Shown piece after piece: positions 62,961-64,000 of a DNA stretch of 64,000 bases. Positions within the stretch are counted from its first letter, which is position 1; each line of letters opens with the position of its first letter. The notes under the pieces are model-generated. The model saw only the letters and a program-made list of their open reading frames with translations. It was not told where the DNA came from and did not search any database. The position numbers and the translations under genes were made by a program. The DNA is from Lama glama (lineage: Eukaryota): positions 17,362,001 through 17,426,000 of the forward strand of contig CM052816.1 of the NCBI GenBank assembly GCA_028534125.1, read 5' to 3'.

Positions 62961-64000
62961 ACCATTTCTTAGTGTATCTATGTCTTGGACGTTACTGAAC
63001 TCTTGCTAGAGTGTGGGTAGGTTTAGGACGCTTGTACACAGCCCTCTACCCACTTCCCACTCCCCACCTCACTGCCACTTCCCTGTTCTTCCAGTACAAG
63101 TAGGTAATGTATTTTGTTTGAATTTGAAGTCAGTGGTTAAATGATTATGATTATGTAGTTTATGGACAAGCCAAGTACAGTACTATGGTTGTTTTCTTTT
63201 GAGGGGGAATTTTAATTTTGTTTCTTCCTAGAGTTAATGTCTTTTCCCCCCTATATTTTACTGGCAGAGTTTTCTTTTTATATAACCTTAATTTCTTTTT
63301 CATTAGCATCCTCCACTTTCCTATTGAAAACTTTTTCTGAATAACACCTAGATATTCTATCCATTCTGCATTGTTTCCTCCTGGAGTCCTCCTTCCTGGA
63401 AGCTTCCATCTTCCTGCTCCTAATTTGGACTGAATATTCTCTAGGCCTGTGGCACAGTGTCACCCAGAGGTACTGCAGCTTCCCTGCTTCAGATTCCTGC
63501 TTAAGTTTTGAGTTCTTCCAAGTCTGAGAATGAATTTATTGACTCCCACATGATTGATAGTTTAGCCAGCTATGAAATCTCAGGTTAAAAACTTATTTGA
63601 AAGCATTGCTCCATTATCTTCTGCATCCCATGTTCAGTTCTCTCCCTTTCTTTGGTCTCTCTGTCTAGAAAAGATGAAACTAGGTGGAAACTCTACTTTT
63701 GAGGTAGATTCTTTACTTTAGTTTTCCAAGCCTTCAATTGAATTCTTTTTCTTTGGGCTATCTTATTTTTCATTTTAGATTTCTTTCTTTCAACTCTGTT
63801 CCCTTATGAAAGGGAATCCTATTTTTTTCTTGGATGCCGTATCTATTTTTTATTAAAATTTTGACTTTTATGTCTCTTGAGTAGCTTAGTTTGCCTGTTC
63901 TTTACTTTTTTGTGTTTGTTCTGATCTTTCTGTCATATCAGAAGAATTCCTCAAATGTTAAGTGATATTTAGTTGGCTGTCAATGTTTCACAATAGGGCT

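Noticed and set aside
24000..64000. Intergenic ORFs of 100-170 aa (e.g. 25610-26071, 29228-29740, 36684-37193, 39699-40175, 51803-52276)
   Set aside because: They show no recognisable domains or convincing exon chain, many have non-ATG starts or overlap repeats, and their lengths are plausible by chance.

Overview
This is mammalian genomic DNA, probably camelid (camel/alpaca/llama lineage), inferred from two tRNA-derived SINEs resembling the camelid Vic-1 family. Bases 1-23.8 kb hold the 3' half of KLHL3 on the + strand. KLHL3 is the CUL3 adaptor that targets WNK kinases. The window covers seven coding exons (human-equivalent exons 9-15) encoding the whole Kelch propeller, the intronic microRNA MIR874 at 139-216, and a ~4.7 kb 3' UTR ending near AATAAA at 23795. 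The remaining ~40 kb is intergenic. It holds L1, L2, MIR and LTR remnants (several nested, some with target-site duplications), microsatellites, and repeat-free motif-dense stretches that may be enhancers. I found no new protein-coding gene, prokaryotic system or CRISPR array. The best leads are regulatory: a miR-874 site in its host's own 3' UTR, clustered miR-181/miR-92/miR-200 seed matches, a cryptic in-frame alternative last-exon acceptor next to UG repeats, a hairpin/G-quadruplex at the exon 14 donor, a four-half-site DR1 array, and an HNF1-like candidate enhancer. Comparisons with human sequence and repeat-family names are from recall, not from a search, and repeat boundaries are approximate.
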